64,000 bases of DNA from positions 47,182,001 through 47,246,000 of the forward strand of contig NC_091999.1 in assembly GCF_044704955.1 (NCBI RefSeq). Direction: 5' to 3'. Origin of the DNA: Pristiophorus japonicus. Its lineage: Eukaryota. Position 1 is the first letter of the stretch. Every line of letters begins with the position of its first letter. The notes beneath the pieces are model-generated. The model ran no database searches. It saw nothing but the letters and a program-made list of their open reading frames with translations, and had not been told where the DNA came from. The position numbers and the translations under genes were made by a program. Of this stretch, positions 26,126 through 38,291 are shown in pieces.

Positions 26126-27745
26126 TCAGATCCCCGGGAACTTGGGTTGATGTGGTTCTAACGGGGAGTACTCCTGGATCCTGGCCACACCCCATTCGAG
26201 GGGATTACTAGCCTTCCACAGCTCTTCTACGCTGGGGTATAGGCTAGTGGGAGGTGGTTTCTCCGCATCCGCAGACTTGTCGCTATCCGACTTAGTCTCC
26301 CTTACCTCCCTCCTTTTTCCCTTCCCTGTTCCCGGGACGCAGCGTTGCTTCCACATAGAATACATTGTGCTGTTGGGATTCCATCAATTTTTTCCTTGGG
26401 GACCCCTGCTTTCAGTAAAGCCGTGAACATGTCCCTCCGCAAAATTATTTTTTTTTCTTTCCTGACCCTATATCTTTCCCAGAGGTCGAACCTTGTCGCT
26501 GGTCCTGATCCCCCTCTACATTAGCCGTTCTCGACTCTCCCACACTATCTTCTACATCCTCTAACTGTCCTAACAACAGGAAAGCGTCCCCTACCCGCTG
26601 CCCTTGGGCTGGTCCCAATAATGCGAGTAGTGCACCCCTCATCATAGGAGGGCCACTCTTCATCAGCCTGCTCTGCATTCCTGCCGTAAAGAGCTCCTGG
26701 TCTGGCCCCCCATATTGTTGGTGATATATTCCTCCCTGTGTTGCCATGTTGCACAATTGTATTGCACCCTCTCCCACAGTACTCCAAGGTTTTACCTCCA
26801 CTTCCAAATCAACGGAGAGGGATATTTTTGCTGGACCCCTATAATAACCATGTCCCATAGCGACTTGTTCCCTGGACATTCCGTAGCACTGCTGTGATAT
26901 AGTGGTCCGTAATCATAGTCCTCAGTTTTGTTAACTCTTCAGGGTTAAATATTACGCCTGATGCTCCCTGATCCCAAATCCGGGTTAGCCATTCTGACAA
27001 TGATTCCTCGGGTTTTTTGCGAAATCGAGACCCTATTTCTTGTAACTCACTAGTGGTCAAGTCACGCACCCCTCTAGTGGTTACCAGCTGTTCCCCATCT
27101 TGCTGTTTCGCCTTATTTGTCATAAGGGGTCTAGCTTTCGTGCTCGGAGCGTATGGGGGAGGATTTTTAGTTTCCTCCCGTTCCCCCCCTCTCCATCTGT
27201 CCACTCATATTCTGAGTCAGAGGAGTACCAGATGTCTCCTTCCCAATGAGCCGGATCCCAAGTGGGTCCAGCTACCAATGCACGTACCTTTGACCGATCT
27301 ATCTGCAATTTCCATCGTCTGGCTTTTTAATAATTTTGTACTTTCACCAGATGGCATATTAAAGTTTCTGATTGTTCATTGAGCTTGTCCACCCGTTATT
27401 GTGCAGTGCGGATCGCTTCAGTGAGAGTCGAGTTTTGACTTTCAAAAACTTTAACAGCTGTTTTTAACTCTAGGTTTTCTGCCTCACTTTCCTTAAGTTG
27501 TTTACACATCGTCCTTAATGCTGTCAACAAAATCCATTCCATTTGTGAGGGACTACTTTTCTCCTGTGGGCTACGGTTCTATCTTTGCTCTGTTCCAATA
27601 ACTGCATATCCCAATGTTGCGGGGGTGCAAACTGGGCTAGCACATTGGCAAGAGAGCCAAAACCCTCATCCCTCATGCTCCCCCCTGGTATTCTATACTT
27701 CTCTCCCGCAGGAGGAGACTGCTCCTTGTCTTTTCTCTTAAACAT
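26126..27745 (-). pseudogene. gag: ERV gag (fragmented)
   Basis: Successive ORF pieces (MFKRKDKEQ..., NPPPYAP late-domain-like motif, FRKKPEESLSEWLTRIWDQGA) between PBS and protease. Confidence 0.8.
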
Positions 27746-27753
27746 TTTACCAG

Positions 27754-27771
27754 ATCATGTTCGTGACGTCA
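27754..27771 (-). promoter_or_regulatory. Primer-binding site complementary to tRNA-Ser(CGA)
   Basis: TGACGTCACGAACATGAT versus TGGCGTCACGAACAGGAT expected from the vertebrate tRNA-Ser(CGA) 3' end as I recall it (16/18). Lies 3 nt inside the 5' LTR. Confidence 0.8.
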
Positions 27772-27774
27772 ACA

Positions 27775-28307
27775 TTTTTTGGATCGATAATAATAGACCC
27801 AGGTTCGGGATCTGGATGAATGTTTAATAAGAGACAAGACAAATGAAGTAAAGATAAAACACCGTTTACTGAGGGAAAAGAAACATAATACAGTTTAAGA
27901 AGAAAAGAGAAGTATGATAAGATGCAACAAAGCTCATAGCCTTCGGACCATCGGCAACTCCGCAACGACGGCTGGTCTGCAGCCTTAGGGGTCCCGGCAC
28001 CACTCGCGAATCACGGTGCAAGGTGAAGTTCAAAGAGCTACTGGACAGTTCCATTCCTTTGTACTATTGAACAAACATGGGTGCATGTGGTTTATGGCCA
28101 ACTCCAAATCAGTAAGGCCCCAGCTGTTCTTCCACAAAACATGAGACCTCGAGGCGCCGACCGTCCCATAAACAAGTTGGTGTGTGCATCAAGGTCTCTC
28201 TCTCTCTCTCTCTGCATCAGCAACATTCCACGAGGCATGAAGCAGAAACAAACTGTAAATGTCGAAATATCATAATTAACCCTATGTGATTAACCCTACA
28301 CAATACA
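27775..28307 (-). repeat. ERV 5' LTR
   Basis: Direct repeat of 21982-22511 (about 9% mismatches by manual count). Begins TGTATTG on the minus strand. Confidence 0.92.
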
Positions 28308-28309
28308 GG

Positions 28310-29740
28310 GGCCACAAGCCGCACCCCTTGCACACGCTGATTGGTTGGAAGACTAACCGCCCACCCAGACCTCCAGCTCCACAACTGCTCTCCCTATTGA
28401 TCGGGAGCTGCCGTCAATCAGCCAGGCAGTGTGAGCTGAGCATGCGCGGTGGGTGAGACAGGGGGTCAGAGATGGGTGGAGGGAGGGAGCGATTTAATAA
28501 AGGACGTGCATATTTGTACTGCAAAAATGGCCGCCATGCTCCAACCTTTTTCCATGATTGGTTCCTTTGGAAGATAAGCCACAGCCTGAGGTGTCACTCG
28601 AATGTGTAACTGAAACCGCCCATCCCAACGTCTCATTTACTTTGCAAATTGTAACTTGATCCACTTTGACTTCCTGAAACAACAGAGGCAGAGCTCCCAG
28701 AAGACAGCGACTGCCAGCCAAAGTGTCTTGCCCCAGTCCCAGTACATCCTTCCCCAGTCGAAGTGCCTTACTCCAGTACCAGTATATGCCTCCCCAAGCC
28801 AAAGTGCCTTATCCAGTCCCAGTGCATTCCTCCCCCAGCCAAAGTGCCTTACCCCAGTCCCAGTATATGCCTCCCCAGGCGAAGAGCTTTACCCGAATAT
28901 ATGCCTCACCCAACCAAAGTGCCTTACCCCAGTCCCAGTATATGCCTCCCACAGGCGAAGAGCCTTACCCCAATATATGCCTCCCCCAATCAAAGTGCCT
29001 TACCCTAGTCGCAGTGCATGCTTCCCCCAGCCAACGTGCCTTACTCCAGTCGCAGTGGAAGTTTCCTCCAAACGAAGTGCCTTACCCCAGTCCCGGTGCA
29101 TGCCTCCCCCAGCCGAAGTGCCTTACCCCAGTCCCAGTGCATGCATCTCCCAGCCGAAATGCCTTACCTCAGTCTCAGTGCATGCCCCCACCCCAGCTAA
29201 AGTGCCTTACCCCAGTCCCAGTGTACGCCTCCCCCAGCCAAAGTGCCTTACCCCTGTCCCAGTGTACGCCTCCCCAAGCCGAAGTGCATTACCCCAGTCC
29301 CAGTGCATGCCTCCCCCATCCGAAGTGCCTTACCCAAGTTTTATTTCTCTGCACCACATGCACAGAATGATTCGGGCCCAGATGGGGCGGGGCTTGTCTC
29401 CGGTCAGTCACAAAGTGCAGAACCAATAGTTCCCTGCGTTAATAAACCCCGGGCGGGACACGCAGCCCAAGCGCGGGCCCAGGCCCGAGAGACAACACTC
29501 GGCACCATCCGCTTCACATACACCCGGGCTCGTCCCCAATAACCGAATCACAGCCCGGTTCCAGGCCCAGTCAGTGAGCGTCCGGGGCAGCGGGCTCAGC
29601 GGCCGTCATCTTGGTCAGGTTTGGGGAGCGGGCTCAGTGGCCGCCATCTTGGTCAGAGCGGATCTCGCGGTGCATGCGCGGCCCTTTGGGCAGCGATAAT
29701 GGATGGGCGGGGCTTCAGTCAGTTTGATTGGACACATGTT
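28310..29740. promoter_or_regulatory. GC/CpG-rich promoter-like region split by a minisatellite
   Basis: YY1-type AAAATGGCCGCC (~28524) and GCCGCCATCTT (~29640), NRF1-like GCATGCGCG (28440, 29672), GC boxes GGGCGG, ATTGG boxes. Confidence 0.55.
28720..29336. repeat. ~40-bp minisatellite
   Basis: Unit gaagtgccttaccccagtcccagtgcatgcctcccccagcc. Confidence 0.9.
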
Positions 29741-29809
29741 TGTGACCAGGTCAGTGGGCCCTGACAGGGAGCCTTGTTGTGCTGACTGTTGTCTGGTGAC
29801 CCTGTGCCA

Positions 29810-30326
29810 GCCCGGCTCATCCTATTGGGCCAGCCCAAGCTCGGCCTATGGGTCCAGCCCGGCTCATCCTATTGGGCCAGCCCGGCTCACCCTATTGGGC
29901 CAGCCTGGGCTCACACTATTGGACAGACCCGTCTCACCCTATTGGGCCAGCGCGGGTTCACACTATTGGGCCAGCATGACCTCAACCTATGGGGCCAGCA
30001 TGGGCTCATCCTATTGGGCCAGCACAGACTCACCCTATTGGGCCAGCCTGGGCTCACCCGATTGAGCAAGCCTGGGCTCGCCATATTGAGCCAGCCCGGG
30101 CTCGCCCTATTGGACCAACCCGGCTCACCCTATTGGGCCAGCATGGGTTCACCCTATTGGGCCAGCATGTGCTCACCCTATTGGACCAGCCCGGGCTCAC
30201 CCTATTCGGCCAGCTTGGGCTCACCATATTGGATTAGCATGGGCTCTCCCTATTGGGCCAGCCCGGCTCATCCTATTGGGCCAGCACAGGCTCACCCTTT
30301 TGCGCCAGCACAGGCTCACCCTATTG
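29810..30326. repeat. ~23-24-bp minisatellite
   Basis: Unit cccggctcaccctattgggccag, about 21 copies. Confidence 0.9.
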
Positions 30327-30869
30327 GGGGCCATTCTCCGGGGTTGTGCTAATTTGGGCGTTTGTGTCAGGTTTCTAACCCGTGCTGTACCTGCCCTGGG
30401 AGATTGAAAGCACTCTGCCGTGTACTGAAGTGTGACAATCTGTGACGGAATGGAGTCCTGTTTTTTAATAGAACCTGCCATGTGACTGTGACAGACCATA
30501 ATATTAGAGGAGACTGCATGGTGCACCTGGTCGTTGTGCCGTAATTCCGCCTCTGGGACCGATACAACAAGGCAGTGGTCGAGGTGTCTTTACTCCGATG
30601 GGACACTGGGTGGCGCCGTGGGTCATTCACCAATGGGACTTGGGTTCAATCACATCCCAGACAGAACGGGTGAAACATACCTGTCAGGCAAATAAAACAC
30701 AGTGTGACAGGAAAAATGAAGCGGTGTACAGGAGCCATGGAGAAAATCCAAGTTACTTCAATTTGTCATTCCAGATTTATTAACAATTTCACAGAAAACA
30801 ATTTACAGGGAAGTGTAAAAAGGTGAACACAAAGTGAATATAACTGAGCAATACATTGAGAACCGAACA

Positions 30870-31300
30870 CAGGCGGATTGGCCTGTACTCTCTGGAGTTT
30901 AGAATAATGAGAGGTGATCTGATTGAAACATAAGATTCTGAGGGCGCTTGACAAGTTAAATGCTGAAGGTTTGTTTCCCGCGGCTGGACACTCCAGGACC
31001 AGGGAGCACTCTCTCAGGATAAAGGATCGGCCATTTAAGACGGAGATGAGGAGGAATTTCTTCACTCAGAGGGTTTTGAATGTTTGGAATGCCCTACCCC
31101 AGACGGCTGTGGATGCTGAGTCTCTAAATATATTCAAGGCTCAAATAGTTAGATTTTTGGACCCTAGGAGAAGCAAGGGATATGCTATTGGGCGGGAAAG
31201 TGGAGTTGAGGTCGATGTTCAGCCGTGATCTTATTGAATGATGGAGCAGACTCGAGGAGCCATAGGGCCTACTCCTGCTCCTATTTCTTATGTTCTTATG
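30870..31300 (+). mobile_element. CR1-like LINE 3' fragment
   Basis: RRNFFTQRVLNVWNALP motif and ttcttatg tail. Confidence 0.85.
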
Positions 31301-31653
31301 TCGGAGCTGCCAGCTATCTGTACAGTTGTGACAAACATCAGAGCGAGTGAACAGGGGCTCAGCATAAAGGGAAGGGAACACTTGTGAATAAGAATGAGAA
31401 AAGTTATTTATTTACACATGAAATGTACAAAGCACAGTGAAACTCTCAGATATAGTTACATTACAGCCACAATTATCGCACACATTTCAAACAGAGAGAC
31501 GGAAATCCCAGTTATTTATTTCTCAGCGACTGATTCGGATCTAGTAACTGAGACATTTTACTCTGAGAATCACCAAGAGGACATATTTTATTTTTAGTGA
31601 CAGAGAGATGATAAACAGATGAGGAACATCCACGGCGGCCGAAATTCAGACCA

Positions 31654-31662
31654 TCACTTGAG
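31654..31662 (-). CDS. IGHM: IgM TM2 exon coding part (LK*)
   Basis: cttttacag|CTC AAG TGA. AATAAA signals follow at 31520-31515 and 31412-31407. Confidence 0.88.
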   Translation of the reverse strand, partial: LK

Positions 31663-31802
31663 CTGTAAAAGAGGGATAAAAGTATGAAGCGGAATTTTAG
31701 TGGTCCGGGTCATTTATCTCAGGGTTTTTATTAATGAAACATCCAGAGATTTGTCAAACGGCTTCAGTCAGATGGAAGTGTGAGCGGATTGAATCTTCCC
31801 AC

Positions 31803-31930
31803 CTTCACCAGAGTGACGGCAGCGCTGTAGGAAATGCTCAGGAAGAACAGGATGATGAATGTGGAAGCTGTTGTCCAGATGTTACCGCTCTCGTACTCAT
31901 AGTCTTCATTCCAGATGTGGTCTGAGGAAT
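31803..31930 (-). CDS. IGHM: IgM TM1 exon (DSSDHIWNEDYEYESGNIWTTASTFIILFFLSISYSAAVTLVK)
   Basis: ccccgtag|ATTCC...GTGAAG|GTGGGA. Acidic spacer and the conserved antigen-receptor TM motif WTTASTF..LF.LS..YS..VT. In phase with the Cmu4 internal donor. Confidence 0.95.
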
Positions 31931-32639
31931 CTACGGGGATGTAGGGGAGGAAATATATTCAGATCATTTATTAATCCCGGGTATCATGCTATTATTTTAT
32001 ATTCTCTTTTCTTTCCCTTAAGGTATTAGTTTGTTCTTTAATTGGACTTTCAATGTATATTTTGTGTTAAGTTAATTACTCTCAGCAATCTCTCACTGTT
32101 CCTCACTCCACTGCCGCTCTTCCTTTATGATCCCCCTGTAGTCCGTTTTGGAAAATATGATAGTTTTTCTTCCATGTCAGAGGCTAATTGATTTTGGATG
32201 ACTTTGCTACGATCTATCCTTCGGGAATAATACGATGAACCATCGAGGAAGGTTTACAGCAGGATATCGATTATTTTTCCGCTAGGTTAAGGTAGTTACT
32301 TAGTTGGAGGCTGCCAAGGAGTCTATGTAAGAGATCAGTTGTGAGTTGTACCTTGTTTTTTTATTTGTTACGGCAATGCTCTGAACATAAATAACGTGTC
32401 AGTTTGCAACAACTACATTGATCCAGTGTATGTGTAAGGCCAGAATAGTGAAATGTGATATATTATGGTATCAGGAATTATTTATTCAGGCCAAGCGTTG
32501 GATACTTTATCCGTCCAAAAACTGTATCTTAGTTCTACATTCTTCTATAGCCTGACGTTTTTGTTAGTGCTCTTTAGTGTCTCTATCATTGTATGACTAT
32601 CTCTTGTTTTGGATTAGTCGGTGTTTGTGTTTCCCTGTG

Positions 32640-33960
32640 AGGGTGTTGATCTGTGGGGTTGTGCGTATGTATAGTTGTAAGATTGTGTATGTGTGTGGAA
32701 ATATTTGTTTATGTTTTGTTTAAGAACGCTTGTGTTTATATGTAAGTGTGTGTGTTTATAATTAATTGTGAGTGTGCGATTTGGTGTAGGTGAGTGTGTG
32801 TACTTTTATGTGTAAACATGTTCATATCTAAGGGTTTGTGTGTGTGTGTGTATGTGTGTGTGTGTGCTTGTGCAAATGTGTTCATGTGTGTGCTTATGTG
32901 TAAGTGTATGTGTATCCTTGTGTATATGTATGTTTATGTGTATGTTTCCCTGTAAGTGTATGTGTAAGGTTATGTCTAAGCGTTTGTTTATGTTGAGGTG
33001 TAAATGTGTGTGTGTGAGTTTTCGTGTAACATTGTGTTTACCTGTAAGTTTGTGTGTGTGTGTTTTGTGTTAGTTTGTGTTTGGATTTATATGCGTGTTC
33101 ATGCTTGTGTAAATGTGTTCAGGTGTGTGTTTCCCTGTAAGTGTATGGCTATGTCGCAGTGTTGTTCATGTTTAGGTGTAAGCGTGTGTGTGTTTATGTG
33201 TAACAATGGGTTTGCAGGTAAGTTTATGTGTTTGTGTGTGTGTGTGTTTTGTGTCAGTGTGTGTTTTGATTAATGTGTGTGTCTAAGTGCAATTGTGTAT
33301 TTGCATGTAAGCGTTTGTGTGTTTTGTGTAAATGTGTGTTTGGATTGATGCGTTTGTTTACGAGTGTGTGTGTGTTTTGTGTACGTGTGTGTGTGGATTG
33401 ATGTGTGTATTTATGTATGTGTAAGTCTGTTTGTGTGTTTTGTGTAAGTGTGTGTGTTGATTGATGTGTATTTATGTGTGTGTAAATGTGTTTTGTGTAA
33501 ATGTGTGTGTGGATAGATGTATGTGTTTATGTGTGTAAAAGTGTGTGTAAGTGTGTTTTGCAAGTGTGTGTGTATGGATTGATGCGTGTGTCTATGTGTG
33601 TGTAAGTGTGTTTTGCGTAAGTTTGTGTGTGGATTGATGTATGTGTTTATGTGTGTAGGTGTGTTTTGCGTAAGTATGTGTGTGGATTGAAGTGTGTGTC
33701 TATGTGTGTGTAAGTGTGTGTAAGTATCCGTTGTGTAAGTGTGCGTTTAGATTGCCGTGTATTATTGCTATTGTTCAAAGTTTTAGAGAGTACCAATAAC
33801 TGGATTTGACAATGATGGTTTTCATGATATTCTAGTTATGTATAATATTATGTGTCAGAGTGTTAATGTATGTCTTTATATGTAAGTCTATGTGTGTTTG
33901 TGTGTAATTGTGCACTTACACAAAAACACACACACTTAGACAAAATCATCAGCACACTTA
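32640..33960. repeat. Degenerate (TG)n-rich tract in the Cmu4-TM1 intron
   Basis: About 1.3 kb of tgtgtg/tgtaag low-complexity sequence. Confidence 0.9.
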
Positions 33961-34669
33961 CATATGAACACAGACAAACTCACCTCCACATGTATTCTCC
34001 CTGCTCTGTGTAAGTGTGTCCTGTGTGAGGCGCAATGTGACGTCAGCCGAAGGAATGCAACAATTCAACCGATGGGCCTCAGAAACATCAGGGACACAAC
34101 TGTGAGAAACCCGCAGAGGATACAATCACCAGTTTAGATATGGCCCATTGAATTCAGCATGTTAGGTTACAATTAACAGGGACTGTTGCACCCCCAACCC
34201 TATTTAAAAATATTACGTGGAATAAATAGTTATATCAGAATATAATACTCATGTGACAAGTTTAAAATCTTTAGACCATGAGTTAGAATGTGACATTGTA
34301 CTGATGGCAACTTAGTGCATTTAAAAGAGAGTGGTTCACTGCCCATCTCCCTGCGGGAGGGGCAGTGGGGGTTACGTGAATTACGTATTTCCCGTTCCCC
34401 TCTCGCTGGTGGGTGTGAGAGGTACAGTGAGTTAAAATTACCCTTTACTCTCTCTCTGCTGAAGTTACTTTCAGGAATCCTGTAATGAGAGAACTTCACC
34501 CAGTCTCCAACCCATGGTGTATCTGAGCTGGGAGCGCTGGCTGTACAAGCCTTGGGAGCGAGACGCGCAAACACCCGACTTCAGATAAACAGCCCTGACA
34601 TTGGCAAAAATAGGAAACATAGTTAATTGAGCGGCTGTGTGTTTAACTCATGATTGGAAAAAAAAGCCA

Positions 34670-34685
34670 TTTATTGTTTTTTATT
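34670..34685 (-). terminator. Poly(A) signals for secreted mu mRNA (two AATAAA)
   Basis: tttatt on + at 34670-34675 and 34680-34685, about 30-45 nt after the tailpiece stop. Confidence 0.8.
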
Positions 34686-34713
34686 TAAGAACTGAAATGC
34701 AATCGAGAGATTC

Positions 34714-35105
34714 TCATTGACAAGAATTGATGGTGTCCATCAGAACAAGGGAAATGTTGACGAAACTGGGTTTACCGCTGGATTTATTGACGGTTCTGTT
34801 GGTGATCTTCAAGGGGATCGCTTCATGTCCCACCACACAGGAGTAAGAAGCGCCGCTGGCCCACTCCTCGGCTGCAATGGATAGCAGGCTGTACATGAAG
34901 AAGGATCTGCTGCCGTTCTCCGCCATCACCTCGGTGTTCTTGTAGTTGCCCGAATCCACCGGCTTGTCATTGACGGTCCATTTGACGAAGATCTCTCGGG
35001 GGGAGAAACCTCTCACTAAGCAGGTGAGGCTGACCAACCTCTGAGCGGAGACTTCTTCTGCCGAGGGCAGGAGGACAGACACGGCTGGTTCCCGTGGAGC
35101 TTTCG
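34714..35105 (-). CDS. IGHM: IgM Cmu4 exon with secretory tailpiece ([20 protein letters not shown])
   Basis: ttttctatag|CGAAAGC. Tailpiece has the NIS glycosylation sequon and penultimate Cys. Internal donor AGCG|GTAAA at 34776/34775 for the membrane form. Confidence 0.96.
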
Positions 35106-36026
35106 CTATAGAAAAGTTACAATAAAGGCCAATGAACTGGACAGTTCCAGAGACAATGGGGAAACTTTAATTCAATACAGATGGCGGGCTTTGGTCGTGG
35201 AAATTTTTAAATTGATAAAATTCGGAATCCCGACCTCAACGCGCCCACTCCCGGTTGTAATATTATATTTGAGTAAAATATTTAAATGAGACTGGAATCT
35301 TCTATTTTAACCACCATTTGGTGTTTAACTGTCGCTGGTCCGGTTTGACACACTGTGTAAATCCCTGCAGTTATAGCGAGGCGGGGACCGCTGCACCCAG
35401 GTGGCAATTGCCCTTACACCTACCCCCTGGATCCAGCGTCCCTGCCTAACCCAGCCCCCGCGATCTGAAACCTCCTCACTCGGCTTCCAATCTTCCCGTT
35501 CTCCCGTTTGGCCTGTGAGACCACCGCGCCCACAACTCGCCTTCCTCATTTAAATTCTTCCAATTTCAGGTGGTTAGATGTGAGAGAAATGGACACTCCA
35601 TTAAATTTTAACGCTTTTCCTTTTCCCCTCTGGGGCCTCTCTGGTGTTCCATCCCGCAGCAGAGGGAACACAATCCTTCTCTCTGAAATCTTGAAGGATT
35701 GGTCTGGAAAATTACATAGAATTTACTGCACAGAATGAGGAGATTTGGCCAACTGGTCTATGCCGGTGTGTATGTTCCACATCAGCCTCCTCTTAGCTCA
35801 CTTAATCTAATCCTAATAACATACCCTTCTATTCCTTTCTCGCTCATGGACTTATCCAGTTTCCCCTAAAATACATAATGTCAGGTCCCAGAGTGCTGAG
35901 TTCGTGGAATTACCAAACTGAATGATCAGAGTAGCCCATTAAACACTTTATATAATGAATTGGCCCTTGAACATGCACTGGAAATAGTCACAGTATCTCA
36001 CTTATTGCAACAATCTCCCCGCTCAC

Positions 36027-36335
36027 CCTTTTCCTTGTGAATGGAATCTCTGATAGGAGTCGGCATATCCTGATGGCTCACCACGCAGTAGAACTTATCC
36101 CCACTCAGCCAGTCTTGTGTCGAGATGTTTAAGTTGCTGATCACACTGTTGGGATCCTCTCCAGGTTGGACAGCAATCTCTGATTTCAAAGCCTCCTTTT
36201 CTCGGGTCCAGGACACGGTGAGTCCATAAGGAGCGTCAGACACGATGCAGGTTAAGGTCACCGTCGCCTCCAGTAAGACCTGTTCCAGTGACGGTGGGCG
36301 AAGAGTGATTTTTGAATCGCTGCATGGGACATCCA
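36027..36335 (-). CDS. IGHM: IgM Cmu3 exon
   Basis: tttcgcag|TGGATGTC...AAAAGG|GTGAGC, 309 nt. [17 protein letters not shown]...FYCVVSHQD. Confidence 0.95.
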
Positions 36336-38291
36336 CTGCGAAATAGGAATGAAAGTCAGGAAAATCTGCAGCTTCAGAATCAGGGCACCAATATTTAGCC
36401 TTAACTCTTTCAAGGGGGATATATCACTTTTGAGATATCAACCTCTCGCTGTTGCTTTAAGACCGGCGGTATTGGAAGGACAATGAATTGGCAACGATTC
36501 CAGGAGATCTGTAACATTTCTTGTGTATTTGCAGCCAGAGCCACCTGTAATGGGCTGTGAAGCAAATACCCGGCGTAAAATGGGAATACATTGGGGCGCA
36601 ATTGTGTTAGGCATTGAATAGTGCTCTTCCTGAAATCCCTTGCTCCTTTAAGCCCGTCTGTAGATCCTTGCACCCAAATTCATCTCCGCTGGTTATAATA
36701 GCTGAAGCCCGAATAGCCCGAAGTTCAAGAGATCTACACCAGCATTATACTGGTTCAAATCCAGTGTCAAATTAATTTCAGGATTTATGCGACAACAGGA
36801 AACAAAGTTAAGTTTCTGGTCTCTTGTTGCAGTGAAAATGTGCAGGAACCAGTCAAACCCCCCGTCAGATGAGTCGTGCAAGGTCGGGAGAATGGAGTTC
36901 CAAGGGGTCTTTGTGGTGGGGCATCATTTGTAATGATGTGAGGTAGTTTGTTAACTTCTGTAATTACTGAACATTTATCATGTCTGGTGAGAGAGACTCA
37001 GAGTGAAATATGACCTCAGGGCATTAATAGCAACATAGGAACAGGAGGAGGCCATTCAGTCCATCCATTCTGTCCCGCCAACCAGTTAGATCATGGCTGA
37101 TCAACAATCAACACCATCTTCACGCCTTGGTTACGTAACCCTTGATAACCTTGCCTAACAAAAATCTATCAATCTCAATTTTCAACTTTTCAATTGAAAG
37201 CAAGCTTCATCAGCTTTTGGGGAGGGAAATCCCGACTTGCACTATTCTTCCTGTGAAAACATCCTTTCTAACATCACCTCTGCACGGCCTAACTCTAATG
37301 TTAAGGTTCTGCTACTTGTTCTGGACTCTCCCATCAAACTAAATAAATGTTTCTATATCTACTCGATCAATTCCATTTATCAACTTAAACACCTCAATTG
37401 GATCATCTCTTAACGTTCTATACTCGTCTCCTGCTCATTTTACATTATTAGCCACGGTTTAATTCGGGTAAACCTGCAGTTTAGCGCCTCCATGTATATC
37501 CTTCCTGAGGTGCGGAGCCGAGAATTGGGCTCAGTGCTCTGAATAGGGTAGATGCCCATTCTAGCAGGATTCCTGGACAGTTGGCAGGAAAGGGTTCCAG
37601 ACTCCTACTGCCACTCCGTATATGACCAGCCAACTCAGGATAAACCTGTGACTAAGGACATTTCACTCACTGCCTGACATCAGAGCAAGAGGAAAGCTTC
37701 TTCGGCGAGGTTAATAAATCCTGATCAATGAGGAATCCTGAACCAGAAGATCCTGGATTGAATTCCCACTCCAGATACTTGATCACAAAATGTAAGCTGA
37801 GTCTCCCAGTGCAGCACTGGGGGCATGGCACACGATCGGAGGTGCCGTCTGTCAGATCAGCTGTTAAACCGAGGATCCGTCTGTCCTCTCAGGTGGAGGT
37901 AAAAGATACCCTGGCATTACTTCAATGAAAAGCAGAGGAGTTCTCCCTGGTGGCATGGGAATATTTATCCGTCAAAAAATATCACTCAAAAAAAAATGGT
38001 CATTATCACACTGCTGTTTGTGGGAGCTTGCTGTGCACTAAATGACTGCCGTACTTTGTAAATTACAACTGTGACCACATTTCACAACTTAATTCATTGG
38101 CTGGCAAGCGCTTTGGTTCAGTCTGTGGTCGCTGAAAGCGCTGTATAAAGGCAAGTTTGTATCGCAAGAATACACAAACTGCATGATTGGAAATTAGGAA
38201 CAGTCCTCTGCTTTTTACTAATTCCAATAAAAGTCATGACTGAGGTCAGCGCTCAGAATGGTCTGGAACCTCCCGGGATTGTGCCTCTTAC

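Larger units (their letters stand above)
21982..28307 (-). mobile_element. Endogenous retrovirus, class III (ERV-L/ERV-S-like), degraded provirus LTR-gag-pro-pol-(mini)env-LTR
   Basis: Two ~530-bp LTRs, tRNA-Ser PBS, protease ALLDTGAE (~26040-26066), RT QYRIPGG...NSPVW...LPQG...HYIDD, RNase H, integrase WQVD...SDNGSHF...ERMNG. Multiple stops and frameshifts. Confidence 0.93.

Noticed and set aside
28656-30352. Pro/Gln/Ser-rich repetitive ORFs
   Set aside because: Minisatellite translations, open in several frames at once.
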